A stretch of 64,000 nucleotides of DNA, from positions 6,367 to 70,366 of IMG/VR virus record IMGVR_UViG_2974619995_000001; one strand, 5' to 3'. This document shows, piece after piece, positions 35,150 to 45,626 of this stretch (position 1 is its first letter; every line of letters starts with the position of its first letter). Source of the stretch: a virus. Its lineage: Duplodnaviria > Heunggongvirae > Uroviricota > Caudoviricetes > Demerecviridae. The notes beneath the pieces are model-generated. The model did not search any database, was not told the DNA's origin, and saw only the letters and a list, made by a program, of their open reading frames with translations. The position numbers and the translations under genes were made by a program.

Positions 35150-35788
35150 TTACTCTACTTCAATGAAGGTAGAGGCGTTAGACTCGGACAGAACAAAGTC
35201 AACATTTGTTGCAAAGTCCTGATATTCCTCGTCATGCTGCTTAATCAGCTTTTCCAGTTCCAGCGGGTCAATCAAGAATGGAGTATTCTTGAGTTCCAGC
35301 AGGTTGAGCTGCATTTTAACTTCATCTTCGGAAGTTTTCTTATCGCGGGTAGCCATGCTATCCTGCAAACGCTCATATTTAGCATCAAACTGTGCTTTCT
35401 GCGTATTAAACTTAACCGTAGCGGCATGGAACTGCTTACGCATGTTAGCCAGTAGTTGGGCTTTAAGTTCCATAGAACGCTTAGCTTCAATTGCTTCCGC
35501 AACAGTCATCTTACGAGAGCCAATCTCAACGATTGTTTCCGCGTTGCTTTTAATCAGAGCAGCTTTGATACGATCACGCTGGGACATCATATCCAGCAGA
35601 GACTGGAAATCAGTCTTAATACGAGTAGACAGATCAGCTACTTCGATTGCAGCGCCAACTACAACTTGGTTTTTATCCTTACCTTCACCAACAGCGATCA
35701 GAAGCTGCTGTTCAGTAGCTTTACGGATTTTAGCTTCCAGAGATTTGATAGTTGCCAGAGCGCGAGTTTTAGAAATACGAGTAGTCAT
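35150..35788 (-). CDS. hypothetical coiled-coil protein (212 aa)
   Basis: ORF; several plus-strand ORFs antisense to it are judged spurious. Confidence 0.6.
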   Translation of the reverse strand: MTTRISKTRALATIKSLEAKIRKATEQQLLIAVGEGKDKNQVVVGAAIEVADLSTRIKTDFQSLLDMMSQRDRIKAALIKSNAETIVEIGSRKMTVAEAIEAKRSMELKAQLLANMRKQFHAATVKFNTQKAQFDAKYERLQDSMATRDKKTSEDEVKMQLNLLELKNTPFLIDPLELEKLIKQHDEEYQDFATNVDFVLSESNASTFIEVE

Positions 35789-35841
35789 TATTTGCTTCCT
35801 TATATGAAGTTTGAGATTTGAATTTGTTTAAAGTTGGTCTA

Positions 35842-36024
35842 TTACAGACCAATTGCCAGCAGAGTGCGTAGAACAGTATCATTACTGTTATCAATTTTAG
35901 GATTAGCACGATTTAGCAGATCAAAGATTTTCTGGATACCTGATTGACGTTCAGCCATACGACGGATACCCAGATTACGAGTAGCTTTCTTACCATTTTT
36001 ACGAACATTTTTAGATACTGGCAT
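35842..36024 (-). CDS. small basic protein (60 aa)
   Basis: ORF with promoter upstream. Confidence 0.4.
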   Translation of the reverse strand: MPVSKNVRKNGKKATRNLGIRRMAERQSGIQKIFDLLNRANPKIDNSNDTVLRTLLAIGL

Positions 36025-36064
36025 ATATGTTTTCCTTTTATTGTTTTCTCAAATTTATGAATAT

Positions 36065-36093
36065 ATTATACAGAATTTTGGGGCCGGAAGCAA
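36065..36093 (-). promoter_or_regulatory. T5-type early promoter
   Basis: TTGCTT / 17 / TATAAT. Confidence 0.6.
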
Positions 36094-36094
36094 A

Positions 36095-36796
36095 TCAAAT
36101 TTTCATTTTTTCGATCATAGCTGCAACACAATAGCTTTCAACTAAGGCATCAAATGCAGGATCATGCTTAACCGGATAGATCCCATAACGAATAGTGTCC
36201 ATCTTCTCCATTTTAGCTATTGCCCAGCTAATACCTTCGGTCTCTAGAGCCTTATAACTGTATCCAGCTTGCATCCAGAGATTACTAAGAGATCGAACAT
36301 TGCCCAAATTCCAGAATTTCCACGGAACTACCTCTTCATTGGTTCCAGCATGGAACGTGTTTGCAGAGTAGATAGTCATATCAAACTCTGGGCCATTGCC
36401 ATAATACAAAGCATTTTCACCTAGAGCCAACTCCATAATATTTTGAGCCATAGAGAAGGCAGCATAGTTTGAGCCTAATTTATTAGTGCAATGATGTTTA
36501 CCATTTTGGAAGGCAATCAGTTTTGGATTACGTTCCTTCATGGCTTCCATAATGTGGATAGCAGACGGGCTATTTTTAGCTTGATCCATCCAGAATGCCA
36601 GAGTAGATGCTGTAACTTTGGCACCAGAATTAAGCTGATCTTGTACATCCAAAGTAACAAATACTAGATCAGGGTCTTTGTCAGTTCCATGCATAGCCAC
36701 AAAAGCGAAAGAAGGCATTGCGATATGAGTAGTACCACAATCTCCTGGAGTTCCTAGAGATTCAATATCTAACATACCAAATGGTTTTACTTTCAT
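36095..36796 (-). CDS. DnaQ-like (DEDD) 3'-5' exonuclease (233 aa)
   Basis: Exo I-like MLDIESLG and Exo III-like HDPAFDA. Confidence 0.55.
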   Translation of the reverse strand: MKVKPFGMLDIESLGTPGDCGTTHIAMPSFAFVAMHGTDKDPDLVFVTLDVQDQLNSGAKVTASTLAFWMDQAKNSPSAIHIMEAMKERNPKLIAFQNGKHHCTNKLGSNYAAFSMAQNIMELALGENALYYGNGPEFDMTIYSANTFHAGTNEEVVPWKFWNLGNVRSLSNLWMQAGYSYKALETEGISWAIAKMEKMDTIRYGIYPVKHDPAFDALVESYCVAAMIEKMKI

Positions 36797-36824
36797 AACT
36801 TATCCTTTATTGTGTAGAAAACTA

Positions 36825-37061
36825 TTAAAGAGCTGTCTCTTTAATAGACTCCCACTTCTTGGGGTCTTTAAAACCAGGAAGCATATCCTCACTGACATCC
36901 CAGTTTTCTTCCATAGAGAAATCAGGCCATTCATCCCAGCTACCTTCCAGCTCTTCATAACAGGTATCCATTACCTCATGACTAGAAAGTCGTGTATAAT
37001 CCCTAGCTGACTTATGGGTGCTAGCACGGTTAAAATCGTTCTTTGCTACAAAATTACGCAT
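36825..37061 (-). CDS. hypothetical acidic protein (78 aa)
   Basis: ORF. Confidence 0.5.
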   Translation of the reverse strand: MRNFVAKNDFNRASTHKSARDYTRLSSHEVMDTCYEELEGSWDEWPDFSMEENWDVSEDMLPGFKDPKKWESIKETAL

Positions 37062-37065
37062 AGTT

Positions 37066-37100
37066 TCTCCAAATAAGAGGGGCTTTCGCCCCCTGATTTA
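37066..37100 (-). terminator. rho-independent terminator (AGGGGC-GAAA-GCCCCT + U-rich) after 37103..37318
   Basis: hairpin GGGGCTTTCGCCCC read directly. Confidence 0.55.
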
Positions 37101-37102
37101 AA

Positions 37103-37318
37103 TCACTTGCCCAGCAGTTTAAGGATATTTTCCATAATAGTTTGGGCAGATTTTTCACTCTTGTTAGTTTCAGCCAACTTTAAAGCGAGTTCTTCCTGCT
37201 GTTTCTGAATATCAGCTGCGATTTTTTGATCGGCCTCAATACGAGCTTGAAGCTCATCAGTGATAGTGGTAAAGGAAGCAACAATTTCAGTAACAGAACG
37301 TGGTTTCTTAGAGAACAT
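37103..37318 (-). CDS. hypothetical coiled-coil protein (71 aa)
   Basis: ORF. Confidence 0.5.
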   Translation of the reverse strand: MFSKKPRSVTEIVASFTTITDELQARIEADQKIAADIQKQQEELALKLAETNKSEKSAQTIMENILKLLGK

Positions 37319-37354
37319 AAAAAATATCCTTGATTAGTTAGAGAATTAGTCGAT

Positions 37355-37378
37355 TGTAGGGGCTTTCGCCCCTGTTTA
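37355..37378 (-). terminator. second copy of the GGGGCTTTCGCCCC hairpin after 37383..37898
   Basis: identical stem-loop to 37077-37097. Confidence 0.4.
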
Positions 37379-37382
37379 TCTA

Positions 37383-37898
37383 TTACTTCGCTTTACGCTT
37401 GCGAGCTGGTTTAGCAGATTTACGAGCAGAATCACCCGTGAACTTAATGCCTACACCGTAACACAGAGCACGAACATTATCTTTACTATACTCTACGCCA
37501 AAGATATTTGGCTTAACAGAACCAAACTGTCCACGAGTATCACGCAATACATCTGCTGTTGGTTTACGCTTCTGGTTAACTGCCTTCTCATAGTCTTTCA
37601 TAGACATACCATTACGAGAGAACAATTCAGCCCCAGCGTTGAAGCTCAGGGAAACTGGGACAGATTTGTGGCCGTAATTTTCTACATACATAACCATTTT
37701 GTAGGATTTACGGGTGGCATTTTTAGCTTTAGGCTTCTGACGAATCGGAGCTGGATTATTCAGTGCTTGTGCAGCCTGAGCATCGGTAGGATGCTTACGC
37801 AGGTGACGTTCCAGACGAGCTTTGCGATTAGCCTCAGTCTGAGGGAAAGTTTTAACTGCCGGAGCTGCTTGAGTTTTTGCGTTTTTCTGCTTAGCCAT
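37383..37898 (-). CDS. basic Lys/Ala-rich protein (171 aa), possible DNA-binding
   Basis: ORF. Confidence 0.55.
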   Translation of the reverse strand: MAKQKNAKTQAAPAVKTFPQTEANRKARLERHLRKHPTDAQAAQALNNPAPIRQKPKAKNATRKSYKMVMYVENYGHKSVPVSLSFNAGAELFSRNGMSMKDYEKAVNQKRKPTADVLRDTRGQFGSVKPNIFGVEYSKDNVRALCYGVGIKFTGDSARKSAKPARKRKAK

Positions 37899-37937
37899 TA
37901 TTTGTTTTCCTTTTTGTTTATCAATTTATGAAGTATA

Positions 37938-37965
37938 TTATACGAGAATTTGAAGCGTTTAGCAA
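37938..37965 (-). promoter_or_regulatory. T5-type early promoter
   Basis: TTGCTA / 16 / TATAAT. Confidence 0.55.
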
Positions 37966-37981
37966 ATGAATTTTTTAAAAA

Positions 37982-38260
37982 TTATCTACCAACCATTTTA
38001 GCTTGTTCGGCATCTGAGACATATTGATACGCTCCTTTATTATACGCCGGAGCAGTACACATTTTCTTACGCTCAATCTCTTCTTGAGCTTTTCTTTCGC
38101 GTTCAGCTAATTCTTCGTCCAGATAAACTAAACGTTGTTCTGGAGGAGGTGGGAGACGTGTTTCTGGCTCACCAATATTAGCCTCTCTTATTTGACGAGG
38201 TGATTGCGCACGTTTTCTCAATGGTTTAAATCCTAATGAATTTGAGTTATAAATTCGCAT
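37982..38260 (-). CDS. hypothetical protein (92 aa)
   Basis: ORF. Confidence 0.5.
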   Translation of the reverse strand: MRIYNSNSLGFKPLRKRAQSPRQIREANIGEPETRLPPPPEQRLVYLDEELAERERKAQEEIERKKMCTAPAYNKGAYQYVSDAEQAKMVGR

Positions 38261-38287
38261 AAAGCCCTCCTCACTTTCAATACGATT

Positions 38288-38316
38288 ATTATACTAAATT
38301 AGAGGGCTTTAAGCAA
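38288..38316 (-). promoter_or_regulatory. T5-type early promoter
   Basis: TTGCTT / 17 / TATAAT. Confidence 0.6.
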
Positions 38317-38336
38317 GTGAATTTTTAATTTATTTA

Positions 38337-38813
38337 TTACATCTCAGCCATTTCAGCTTCAGTAATAACTGTATTACACAATGCATCTACAGCTTCATTA
38401 CCACTAATACCAGAATGTCCTTTGACCTTAATAAAGGTAGGGTTAGTGTTATGAAAGTTGATATACTGCTGTGTTAATTTAAATGCTTCCTGCCAAAGTT
38501 CTAGATTAAGAGGAACTTCACCATCTGCTTTCTTCCAGCCTTTCCTTTGCCAAGAAAACATCCAACTTTCCATGCCATTTTTGCAATAAGCAGAGTCAGT
38601 ATAGATAGCAATTGGTCTATTATCTTTTTTAACAGACCAACGTAGAGCTTCTACAATAGCTGTGAGTTCCATCTCATTATTTGTAGTTTTAGGATTATAA
38701 CCAGATTTAGACCCTAAACGATCGTCGTTATCATCATAGACAATAAAACCCCAAGCACCTGGACCTGGGTTAGACTTACAAGCACCATCTGTGTAAATGT
38801 GGAAAACCGACAT
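38337..38813 (-). CDS. rnh: ribonuclease HI (158 aa)
   Basis: IYTDGAC...NEMELTA...YTDS...GH.G..GNE.D RNase H catalytic pattern (D,E,D,D). Confidence 0.85.
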   Translation of the reverse strand: MSVFHIYTDGACKSNPGPGAWGFIVYDDNDDRLGSKSGYNPKTTNNEMELTAIVEALRWSVKKDNRPIAIYTDSAYCKNGMESWMFSWQRKGWKKADGEVPLNLELWQEAFKLTQQYINFHNTNPTFIKVKGHSGISGNEAVDALCNTVITEAEMAEM

Positions 38814-39094
38814 TATACCTCCCAGCTAATTTTAAGACCCATGTCTACAAAGGCGGCTTCTCGGTAGTATTGTGAGAGATGATACCCCTTATCCGATAAG
38901 GTTTTTAGTACCGATTTAGCTGCTCCTGGCATTTCTCTAGGATTATATAGCCACCTAGCGTAAGGATTATCTCGAATAATTACTTCTGTATTTCCAGACT
39001 TAGCAGCTTCTACAATCTTTTCTTCTATAAACTTTAGAAATGCGGGTACTTCTGTTAATCCTGCAAGTTCTTGAGCTTCTTTGGCTGAAATCAT
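38813..39094 (-). CDS. hypothetical protein (93 aa)
   Basis: ATGA coupling to rnh. Confidence 0.5.
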   Translation of the reverse strand: MISAKEAQELAGLTEVPAFLKFIEEKIVEAAKSGNTEVIIRDNPYARWLYNPREMPGAAKSVLKTLSDKGYHLSQYYREAAFVDMGLKISWEV

Positions 39095-39119
39095 TATATA
39101 CCTCCAATTTATAAAATAT

Positions 39120-39148
39120 ATTATATTTAAATTTCACTAAATAAGCAA
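39120..39148 (-). promoter_or_regulatory. T5-type early promoter
   Basis: TTGCTT / 17 / TATAAT. Confidence 0.6.
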
Positions 39149-39187
39149 ATGAAATTTAAATATAATAGCCCCGAAGGGCTATTTAAA

Positions 39188-40042
39188 TTACACAGTGAAT
39201 GGATATGCAATAGCAGGATGGTGTTCGTAACCACGAACAGTAAAATCATCCTTGCTTACCCAGGTCAATACATCCTCCAGAGTTCTGATATTTGGATTGA
39301 TTTCTAGAGTAGGAGGTGCAAAAGGTTTACGATCGAATTGCTTATGCTCCATCAAAACATTATACTGATCCTCATAGATATGAAGATTGATAATCTTCTG
39401 GCGTGCAATTCCTGGTTTAAGGCCTGTAATCTGGGCCATTAATGCTAGAAGTGTATAGCACTGAACCATGTTAAATACTTGTCCTAACAGGAAATCATTA
39501 GATCTCTGGAAAGAGTTCAGGTATAATGTATCTCCCAAAATAGAGAACTGATGAGTGTGCATACATGGACGTAAGCAACCCTTTGAGAACTCTCCCGGAT
39601 TCCAGAAGGTTAAAATTTCCCCACGATCATCAATGCCCTCTTTCAGATTATGATAAATCTTGGCTAGTTGGTCAAACATAAGACCATCGGAATTAGTCCA
39701 CTGACGTCCTTGAACACCATAGACTCGTCCCATATCATCCTCACCTTTACGGTATGGATTGTCTAGCCAAGCTAAGTTTTCATTTGCATTAGCATTCCAT
39801 GTGTTAACACCAATAGCGCGGAATTGTGCTGCTGAATCATATCCACGTAGATACCCAATCATTTCCATTATTGCTTGTTTTGCAAACGCCTTACGAGTAG
39901 TAATAAGGGGGAATTCACCTGCACCTACGTTAAAAGTAAAATCTGCGTCAATAATAGTGAGGCAACGAACCCCTGTTCTAGGATTTGTTACCCACTGACC
40001 TTCTGATAGGATACGTTTTCCAACTTCGATATACTGATCCAT
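39188..40042 (-). CDS. thyA: thymidylate synthase (284 aa)
   Basis: catalytic-Cys motif RPCMHTHQF and overall ThyA pattern. Confidence 0.9.
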   Translation of the reverse strand: MDQYIEVGKRILSEGQWVTNPRTGVRCLTIIDADFTFNVGAGEFPLITTRKAFAKQAIMEMIGYLRGYDSAAQFRAIGVNTWNANANENLAWLDNPYRKGEDDMGRVYGVQGRQWTNSDGLMFDQLAKIYHNLKEGIDDRGEILTFWNPGEFSKGCLRPCMHTHQFSILGDTLYLNSFQRSNDFLLGQVFNMVQCYTLLALMAQITGLKPGIARQKIINLHIYEDQYNVLMEHKQFDRKPFAPPTLEINPNIRTLEDVLTWVSKDDFTVRGYEHHPAIAYPFTV

Positions 40043-40575
40043 TAATAAGTAACCAATTCCTGTACAAATCGCAGGCTGTTATCACTGTTTGCGCCAGTTG
40101 CGTAAACTAAACGAGTAGATTCATAGTTGTAATCTAGAATCGTATTATCCAGATGTACATCTGCCTCTAGTTTTTGATTACTGAAGATTGTAGATACAAA
40201 AGCACTTTCAATATGTCCGTGAATGTACATTTCGTACAGTAATGTTGCGCCACCTAAAACCACTGTCTGCTGATCTTTTAAGAACGTAGGTAATGTATCC
40301 CCAATCTTTGAAATTGGGGTATAGATACCGTGTTTAGTATCATCAGGCAGAGGACGATCCGCACGAATAAAGAGGTCAGATTCTCCAATCATACGTTGCC
40401 GAACAACTTCTGGAAGTGCTAAATAAGTACCCGCACCAATGATGATGTTATCTGGGTTCAACACGTCCAGTTGAGAGTAGAAAGCATCTAGTTCTTCTTT
40501 GAAGGAACCCCACGGGAGTTTACCTCGGAGGCCGAACTCCCCATTCGGCCCAACTGCATATAATGCCGTTATCAT
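40042..40575 (-). CDS. frd: dihydrofolate reductase (177 aa)
   Basis: N-terminal [12 protein letters not shown]...LPW DHFR signature; ATGA-coupled to thyA and nrdB. Confidence 0.8.
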   Translation of the reverse strand: MITALYAVGPNGEFGLRGKLPWGSFKEELDAFYSQLDVLNPDNIIIGAGTYLALPEVVRQRMIGESDLFIRADRPLPDDTKHGIYTPISKIGDTLPTFLKDQQTVVLGGATLLYEMYIHGHIESAFVSTIFSNQKLEADVHLDNTILDYNYESTRLVYATGANSDNSLRFVQELVTY

Positions 40576-41717
40576 AAGAAATCTCCAAATTCATTGCCCA
40601 GATCTTTCAGAGTATCAGTAGAGGTCTCAGTTACCTGACCTACACGGTAAGCTGCACCAATCTGGATTTCTTGCGGAGCAGGCTGTAGAGAAGTAGTATC
40701 CAACCAGTTCATGATCCACGGAATAGGGTTTTTAGTGATTACTGGTAAGTGACTAGGCCATTCTACACCGATGTGCATAAATGCATTACGCCCCACAAAG
40801 TACAGATATTCTTCTAGAAGTTCTGCATTCAAGCCAATCAGACTACGACCTTTGAAAATGAAATGACCCCATTCAATTTCAGTTTTCAGAGTTTTCAGTA
40901 GCTGTGCTGGTGCTTTAGCCACTGCTTCATCTACCAGATCTTTGTCAAATTGCTGAAACATAATCTGGATGATTGCTTTGGACATCTGAGTATGCAGAGC
41001 TTCATCTTTAGCGATTAATTGCAGATTTTTAGCAATACCTTGCAGAATATCGTTCTCTGCTAATGCAAAGGTACATGCAAAGGATGCGTAAAACTGCATT
41101 GCTTCCAGACCATAGATCGCAAAGTAAGCGTCTAATAGTTTAGCCTGAGTTTCACGTTTAACTTCAGGGAACTCAGTTTCTGGATATGTATTGTCGCCAC
41201 GATGATCGCGTACTGCGATGAAATACTGACCTAACTGGTACAGTTCATCGAATAGTTCAACAGAATCAGCGATGCGTGCGAATGCTTCTTGGTTTTTGGT
41301 TACAGAATCAATAAATTCTGCTGGATCAGTTAGCACATTACGAATAATATTGCTATAAGCACGACTGTGCAGATCTTCGAAGTAGCTCCACTGCTTGAGC
41401 ATACCTTCCAATTCTGGACGACTTACAAGCGGCATAATAGCTGCTTCAGGAGCACGACTGATGAAGGAATCTGTTTGAGTCTGCCATGCTAAGTTCAGGA
41501 GTGTAATTTCCTGAATTTCTCGTGGGAGATTAGGCCATTGTTTCTTATCTGCTTCCAGACTGATTTCAGTTTCAGTCCAAAATTGAGAGCGTTGCAGAAG
41601 TGCCAGACGTTCTAGTTCTGGATGTGCTACACGTACATAATCTGCGATACCTAGAGAATCTCCCAGGAAAAGGTCAGCGTTAGTATGATCCCAATTCAGG
41701 TTTAGTAAAGTAGTCAT
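40572..41717 (-). CDS. nrdB: ribonucleotide reductase class Ia beta subunit (381 aa)
   Basis: di-iron ligand pattern (E..H repeats), context with nrdA. Confidence 0.9.
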   Translation of the reverse strand: MTTLLNLNWDHTNADLFLGDSLGIADYVRVAHPELERLALLQRSQFWTETEISLEADKKQWPNLPREIQEITLLNLAWQTQTDSFISRAPEAAIMPLVSRPELEGMLKQWSYFEDLHSRAYSNIIRNVLTDPAEFIDSVTKNQEAFARIADSVELFDELYQLGQYFIAVRDHRGDNTYPETEFPEVKRETQAKLLDAYFAIYGLEAMQFYASFACTFALAENDILQGIAKNLQLIAKDEALHTQMSKAIIQIMFQQFDKDLVDEAVAKAPAQLLKTLKTEIEWGHFIFKGRSLIGLNAELLEEYLYFVGRNAFMHIGVEWPSHLPVITKNPIPWIMNWLDTTSLQPAPQEIQIGAAYRVGQVTETSTDTLKDLGNEFGDFL

Positions 41718-41748
41718 TGATTTTCCTCTTTCTCACTATTTCAGGAAT

Positions 41749-41777
41749 ATTATAGCAAATCTGGTAGCGATTAGCAA
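41749..41777 (-). promoter_or_regulatory. T5-type early promoter upstream of nrdB
   Basis: TTGCTA / 17 / TATAAT. Confidence 0.6.
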
Positions 41778-41823
41778 GTAAAATTTCAAAGAAAAAGGAG
41801 ACCCGAAGATCTCCTTGTTTTTG

Positions 41824-44154
41824 TTAAATAGTACAACCGCCTGATGCACAACCGGCTGCTTCTTCTCCTGCACCACCACCATTAGCGGTGTTGAAGTTTG
41901 CGTAGTAGAAAGTCTTCCACCCATACTTAACAGCAGTCATGAAATCACGAACTACTACTGGGCCAGGAATAATTTCATTTTCAAACTTGGTGTAGTCGTA
42001 GTACATATTAGTACTGATAGACTGGCTGAAGAATTTCTGCATAGTTGCTACCCATTTGATCCACTCGATACGATCTACATCATAAGCCAATTTATAGCTC
42101 ATTAACGTTTCCCAATCGGTTGCACCTGGAGCAATTGCAATTACTTTATTTACTGCACTACCCTTGATAGATACAATCTTACGTGGTGGTTCGATAGAGT
42201 TAGTAACACCTAACAGAACAGAAGAACTTTCTCCCGGCATCTGAGCAGTCAGAACAGAGTTACGCATACCATATTTCAGAATATCTGCACGTAGAGACTC
42301 CCAATCCATTTCTAGACCTACGGATACCAGTTCATCAACAGTTTTCTTGTACGTGTCGATTACCAGAATTCCTTTAGATGGTTTAGTACGATCAAACCAC
42401 TCACATGCACCCTGTTCTCTAGCTAGGCGTACAGAGGCTTTATGCAGGAAGTAGGACAGTTTTTCAGCCTCACGGTGAATCCAGTTACGGGCTTCAATAC
42501 CTTCATAAGCCAGACCTTCTGCGGCCATTGCACCTGCTGCGTTCATTAGGCCAATACCAACATTACGACGTTTCTTAGCCGTATATTCCATAGTTGGGAA
42601 CGGGTAATCCTGAATTTCGATAATTGTATCAACGAATTTCAGAAGGATGTAGCAAGTTTTTTCCCACTCAGCTAGAGATTCCATGCGTCCAAGTACAACA
42701 CCACCTAAGTTACACAGAGATACTTCACCAATATCCTCCGGCTTCATTTGATCAAGCTGCTCTTTTGTCTTATACAGCTCTGTGATATGATGGAACGGGC
42801 GTGTAGGCTGAGTAATCTCAACACAAAGGTTTGTCATACGGATCGGATCAAGGAAATTACCATGACGATTAGATTCCCCAATGTGATGAGCATACATACG
42901 TCCTGTTTCCATTCGGATACGTAGCCAAGTATCTAGGATTTCTTTTGCAGAGACTTTAGGAGCTGCTGGAACTGTTTTTCCTTCATGGTCGATCTTTGTA
43001 AGAGATGCCACACGTTTCTCCGCTGCCACGTAGATTTCTTCAAATTTAGCCTCGTCATCACTATAAAACGCTTCATGAACTTCTGGGGCATAGAAGTATG
43101 ACATTAGCGTAATATCTTCGTTTTTAAGATAACGTTTTAACAAAAGATTGTTAAAGCTCAGAGAATAATCCATCTTATCGATTTTATTCTCATCTGTAGC
43201 ACGTTGTTGCTTAACCTGCATCAATTGAATGATTTCAGGGTCGAAGTATGGATAAGACACTGTGGCAGAACCACCACGAGTTTGCTGAGTATTGGCCTTT
43301 ACTGAGCGGTCAATGTGTCGATAATATGGCAGTTTTCCGGAATGCGGGAATGCCCCATTTCGCACCGGATCAGCAATTGATCGGCTTTCAAGATGATACC
43401 CGATTCCCGCTCTGGCTGCGACCATTTTGAAGACGATGTGCTCGGCGGTGTCGATTGAATCCAACGTGTCAGTGGAATCCACGAGGCAGCAACTAGCAAA
43501 TCCACGATCACTAGAGCGCAGACCAACCAGTGGCGGCGTAGGAACGTTGATTTTGTGGAGTGACATTGCGTTGTAGAGGTCGATTGCATCTAGAATTGTC
43601 CAGTTAGGTTGAGATAACATCGCCATTGCCATACCCATGTAGGCAAACTGCGGGGTTTCGTAAATTTCACCAGTGGCTATGTTACGACGGGAATACTTAT
43701 CAAAGAACTGCTTCAGCCCACCACTAGTAAAAAGACGGTCACGATCATGGTCGATAACCTGATTCAGAGCTTCAAATTGCTCATCGGTAATCCATGCACT
43801 CATGTCTTCCCATGCACCTACGCTAACCATATGGTCATGGAAGAAACGCAGAGAAGGCGGTTCGAAGGAATCATAAAGGCGTTTACGCATTTGCGCAAGA
43901 CGTAATTCCTTTGCTGGCACATCATATGCTGGATTATCTTTAATAAGACTTTCAGCAGCTTTAATTAATGCATCCATCAGAGTGTCGGAATCTACAACCC
44001 CTTTAGGCAGAGTTTTTTGAGCAGCCATAGTAATGGCTGACCAACTTACATCAACTGTTTTGCAACCATACTCCGCCCAACCATTGAGTTTTTCAGGAGC
44101 AAAGTCTTCTACAGTACCGTCACGTTTAATTACTTTTTCAATGCGATGGCTCAT
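41824..44154 (-). CDS. nrdA: ribonucleotide reductase class Ia alpha subunit (776 aa); start trimmed to MSHRIEKVIKRDG
   Basis: ATP-cone VIKRDG, active-site NLC..E, C-terminal CxxxxC; ATG 44154 has RBS AAGGAAAG. Confidence 0.9.
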   Translation of the reverse strand: MSHRIEKVIKRDGTVEDFAPEKLNGWAEYGCKTVDVSWSAITMAAQKTLPKGVVDSDTLMDALIKAAESLIKDNPAYDVPAKELRLAQMRKRLYDSFEPPSLRFFHDHMVSVGAWEDMSAWITDEQFEALNQVIDHDRDRLFTSGGLKQFFDKYSRRNIATGEIYETPQFAYMGMAMAMLSQPNWTILDAIDLYNAMSLHKINVPTPPLVGLRSSDRGFASCCLVDSTDTLDSIDTAEHIVFKMVAARAGIGYHLESRSIADPVRNGAFPHSGKLPYYRHIDRSVKANTQQTRGGSATVSYPYFDPEIIQLMQVKQQRATDENKIDKMDYSLSFNNLLLKRYLKNEDITLMSYFYAPEVHEAFYSDDEAKFEEIYVAAEKRVASLTKIDHEGKTVPAAPKVSAKEILDTWLRIRMETGRMYAHHIGESNRHGNFLDPIRMTNLCVEITQPTRPFHHITELYKTKEQLDQMKPEDIGEVSLCNLGGVVLGRMESLAEWEKTCYILLKFVDTIIEIQDYPFPTMEYTAKKRRNVGIGLMNAAGAMAAEGLAYEGIEARNWIHREAEKLSYFLHKASVRLAREQGACEWFDRTKPSKGILVIDTYKKTVDELVSVGLEMDWESLRADILKYGMRNSVLTAQMPGESSSVLLGVTNSIEPPRKIVSIKGSAVNKVIAIAPGATDWETLMSYKLAYDVDRIEWIKWVATMQKFFSQSISTNMYYDYTKFENEIIPGPVVVRDFMTAVKYGWKTFYYANFNTANGGGAGEEAAGCASGGCTI

Positions 44155-44296
44155 TTGGCTTTCCTTTTTATAGTTATCAGGATTTAAGGAATATTCTACT
44201 TTATTATCGGTCATTAGGCAAATAAAATTTTCTGATAGAAAAGGCCCGAGTATTTTCATACCCAGGCCCTGTATATTACCAGTCTAGCTTTTTAGC

Positions 44297-44518
44297 TTAT
44301 TCAATTACTTTAGCTCTAGCTACTTCTTTTAATAGAATATCTATGGAGGTGCTCAGCTCGTTATAATTGAATGGTTTATTTGGATTTGAGGTTACAATTT
44401 TCCACGCTAGGGTTGTCTTAGGACTTTCTTCCCCTTCCTTACGTGTAATCATATTAGCAGCACTCAGTGAGGTACGATGTATTTTAGTTTTACGGCTCAG
44501 ATGAACGACGTTTCCCAT
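44297..44518 (-). CDS. hypothetical protein (73 aa); start trimmed to MGNVV adjoining phoH stop
   Basis: TAATATG junction with phoH. Confidence 0.45.
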   Translation of the reverse strand: MGNVVHLSRKTKIHRTSLSAANMITRKEGEESPKTTLAWKIVTSNPNKPFNYNELSTSIDILLKEVARAKVIE

Positions 44519-44519
44519 A

Positions 44520-45281
44520 TTACACCTTCCCCATGTCTTTAAAAATATCATAGAATGCTTTAGACTCAACAGAACGAACATTATCAATCAATTCAATCAT
44601 TGAGAATGGGGCATTTTCGTATTTCTCATAGACTTCCATAAGGAGTGCTAGACCTGAGTCACCTTTAATGTCTTTCTGAGCTATATCTCCGCAGATAATT
44701 AAACGGCAGTCTTGTCCTACACGAGTTAGGAGACAAATCATTGCCTCAACGGAAATATTCTGAGCTTCATCGACAATTACATAGGAGTTGTTGAAAGTTC
44801 TGCCACGAGCATGTTCGACAGCCAAAAATTTAATTTTCTGACGTTCGACATATCCTTTATATGCATGATCGCCGATGGCCCATTTCATACCATCAGCTAT
44901 TGGCTCTAACCAAGGCTCTAGCTTTTCCGCTAGATCACCAGGAAGCATACCAAGAGACTTACCTAGAGGTTCATTAGGACGTACGAGAATCACTTGCTCA
45001 ATATCTGAGTGAATGTCTACGAGTTCCTGAGCTGCAAGAACGGACGGAATAAAGGTTTTACCAGTACCTGGCTCACCAATACCCACAGTCACTGTGTTGT
45101 TCTTGATCATATTGATATATGATTTTTGCTCGCGGTTTTTACCTACTAGGGATTTAGCAACTGGGTTAGCGTAATCATTAGAAAAATCAGCCTGAATTAC
45201 GTTATTCTCATACTTGTTGCCACGCTTTCTTGAACCATTGCGGTTCTCTCTTTTTTGACGTGCTTTTCCCATAAATAACAC
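44520..45281 (-). CDS. phoH: PhoH-like ATPase (253 aa)
   Basis: Walker A GEPGTGKTF and PhoH-family layout. Confidence 0.85.
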   Translation of the reverse strand: MLFMGKARQKRENRNGSRKRGNKYENNVIQADFSNDYANPVAKSLVGKNREQKSYINMIKNNTVTVGIGEPGTGKTFIPSVLAAQELVDIHSDIEQVILVRPNEPLGKSLGMLPGDLAEKLEPWLEPIADGMKWAIGDHAYKGYVERQKIKFLAVEHARGRTFNNSYVIVDEAQNISVEAMICLLTRVGQDCRLIICGDIAQKDIKGDSGLALLMEVYEKYENAPFSMIELIDNVRSVESKAFYDIFKDMGKV

Positions 45282-45345
45282 TCCTATAGTGTACTTCGCT
45301 AACAGAGGATCAACAAAAAGATCTTGTTTATCAACTTACAAATAT

Positions 45346-45374
45346 ATTATACCAATATATACAGTAAAAAGCAA
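45346..45374 (-). promoter_or_regulatory. T5-type early promoter upstream of phoH (first promoter of minus block)
   Basis: TTGCTT / 17 / TATAAT. Confidence 0.6.
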
Positions 45375-45574
45375 CTACAATTTTAAATAAGCCTATGATA
45401 TTGCATTTAAATAAAAAATTTGCTTGCTTTTAACGTGAGATGTGTGATACTAGATAATCATTTTATATCGCGTACATAGGCGGGTGATTATATTGTAAAA
45501 TAGGGCACGGTGTCAACAACAATTTTCAATAAATTGATTAAGATCAAGTTATTTAAGAATGCTAAAAAATTTTA

Positions 45575-45603
45575 TTGACATACAGGTATTTTTATAATAT
45601 AAT
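45575..45603 (+). promoter_or_regulatory. consensus promoter TTGACA / 17 / TATAAT, divergent from the phoH promoter
   Basis: read directly. Confidence 0.65.
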
Positions 45604-45626
45604 GTACAATAAATAGGAGAATTAAA

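Noticed and set aside
35272-35821. Plus-strand ORFs 35272..35502(-), 35289..35807(+), 35456..35821(+), 35009..35455(+) overlapping gene 35150..35788
   Set aside because: Low-complexity Ser/Leu/Arg-rich translations antisense or out-of-frame to a well-supported minus-strand gene with its own promoter; no RBS; judged shadow ORFs.
41736-41924. 62-aa minus ORF overlapping the 3' end of nrdA
   Set aside because: Out-of-frame overlap with the conserved nrdA C-terminus; covers the nrdB promoter.
45300-45626. Possible small ORFs in the divergent promoter region between phoH and the plus-strand block
   Set aside because: Only very short frames without RBS. The region is fully explained by two back-to-back consensus promoters.
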